Shown here one piece after another: positions 62,979 through 64,000 of a stretch of DNA of 64,000 bases. The translations under genes and the position numbers were made by a program. The number at the start of each line of letters is the position of its first letter. Position 1 is the stretch's first letter. The notes under the pieces are model-generated. The model saw only the letters and a list, made by a program, of their open reading frames with translations. It ran no database searches and was not told the origin of the DNA. This DNA comes from Octopus bimaculoides (taxonomy: Eukaryota), in contig NC_068984.1 of assembly GCF_001194135.2 (NCBI RefSeq), positions 10,100,081-10,164,080 on the forward strand. Reading direction: 5' to 3'.

Positions 62979-63784
62979 ACGTTGTAAAAAATGTTGACGG
63001 TGGTACATATGTGACCGAAAAGCCAATCAGACTGTGACCAGGGTAGTTTATATATTGTTTGAATACCTGAATAAATGTATCAGGTATCTAAGTACCCTTG
63101 ACTCACCTTTTAATACAAGTTTTATATAAATTGGTGTTTTTGTGAAAAAAAACATGGCAGTAATTTGAATAAAAGTAGGTCATTGAAATAATCTTCCCGC
63201 AAACATTTGGTGACGACTGAGACTGACAGATCAACATTGTATATTCATGTATCCTGCACCTTTCAAGCAGTCAATTGCATTTTATTATTATTATTATTAT
63301 ATTAAATGTATTCGCCCTAACTTGATGACAACTTGCTGAGTAACCAGTTCATTTGTCATAAGTGAAATATTTTATTTTATTTTCACAAAAATATTCTCTG
63401 ATCTTTTATTTGTAGAAATTACTGTTATTAATGCTGTTTTTTGACCTAGAAATCAAATGACATTCTCTGGAAATATTGATTTAATAAATCAGGATTTTTT
63501 TTTTTTCTTTATTACAACTTGTTGATTATTATAATTCAAATAATTTTAATTATGATTGCTTCTGATGAGGCACAGAGCTTCTGGTATGAAATGAGATGTT
63601 TTGATGTTCATGCCTATCTGAAGGGCAATCATTAATTAGTTTAGTAATTTGAGTGACATTGCAGAGACTTTCCCAGTATTTAATTTTCAACTCTCACATC
63701 ATAACATCTACAAATACACATTGGAGAACTGGAATATGCAGATGTGCTTGATGAGGATATAGCTTGGACTATAACCCTATTTAT

Positions 63785-63823
<39 letters not shown>

Positions 63824-64000
63824 AGGCGTAGGAGTGGGATCTTTTTTAAAACGGGGGCCACATTTTTCATTAATGTTTTACGTAGTGTTTTTGGTACCGA
63901 AAGACTTTCAAACTTCGTATACTTATCTATTTTGTGTTATAGAACAGAAAAATATTTTTGTATCCGAATTTATTTCATGTAAAAAATTGTCTTATTTCGA

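Noticed and set aside
63560-63610. CTGATGAG...GAAAT hammerhead-like words
   Set aside because: Helix II does not close at the core and there is no helix I pairing

Overview
Eukaryotic, AT-rich, repeat-saturated genomic DNA with about 15 N-gaps. The repeat families, (TA)n/(GAT)n/(CA)n density and 10-N minimal gaps suggest an octopus (coleoid cephalopod) short-read assembly; this is inference, not a database result. Almost all ORFs in the supplied track are microsatellite, gap or repeat artefacts, and there is no complete protein-coding gene. The best coding signal is a first exon at 52353-52409 (+; MAAARKVLQHVCCPLLRNQ, YY1/TISU-like start context, CAG|GTAAGG donor), whose later exons were not identified and may lie beyond the window. 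The rest is mostly layered mobile DNA: several tRNA-derived SINE families, RTE LINE 3' ends, R4/Dong and CR1/Zenon-type LINE relics, a decayed mariner, two hAT transposase relics, and piggyBac/Tc1/hAT/foldback MITEs. Most interesting: (1) a nested element at 12330-12672 combining a tRNA-like Pol III head with a minimal type I hammerhead-ribozyme motif and an inverted terminal copy starting near the predicted cleavage site, plus a second hammerhead-like foldback (22307-22936) and a Penelope-like ORF relic (7559-7664), together suggesting a Penelope-mobilised, ribozyme-bearing non-autonomous retroelement system; (2) an orphan CCAAT + heat-shock element + TATA + Inr promoter at 18245-18335. All coordinates and identities were read by eye; repeat boundaries are approximate (about +/-10 nt).
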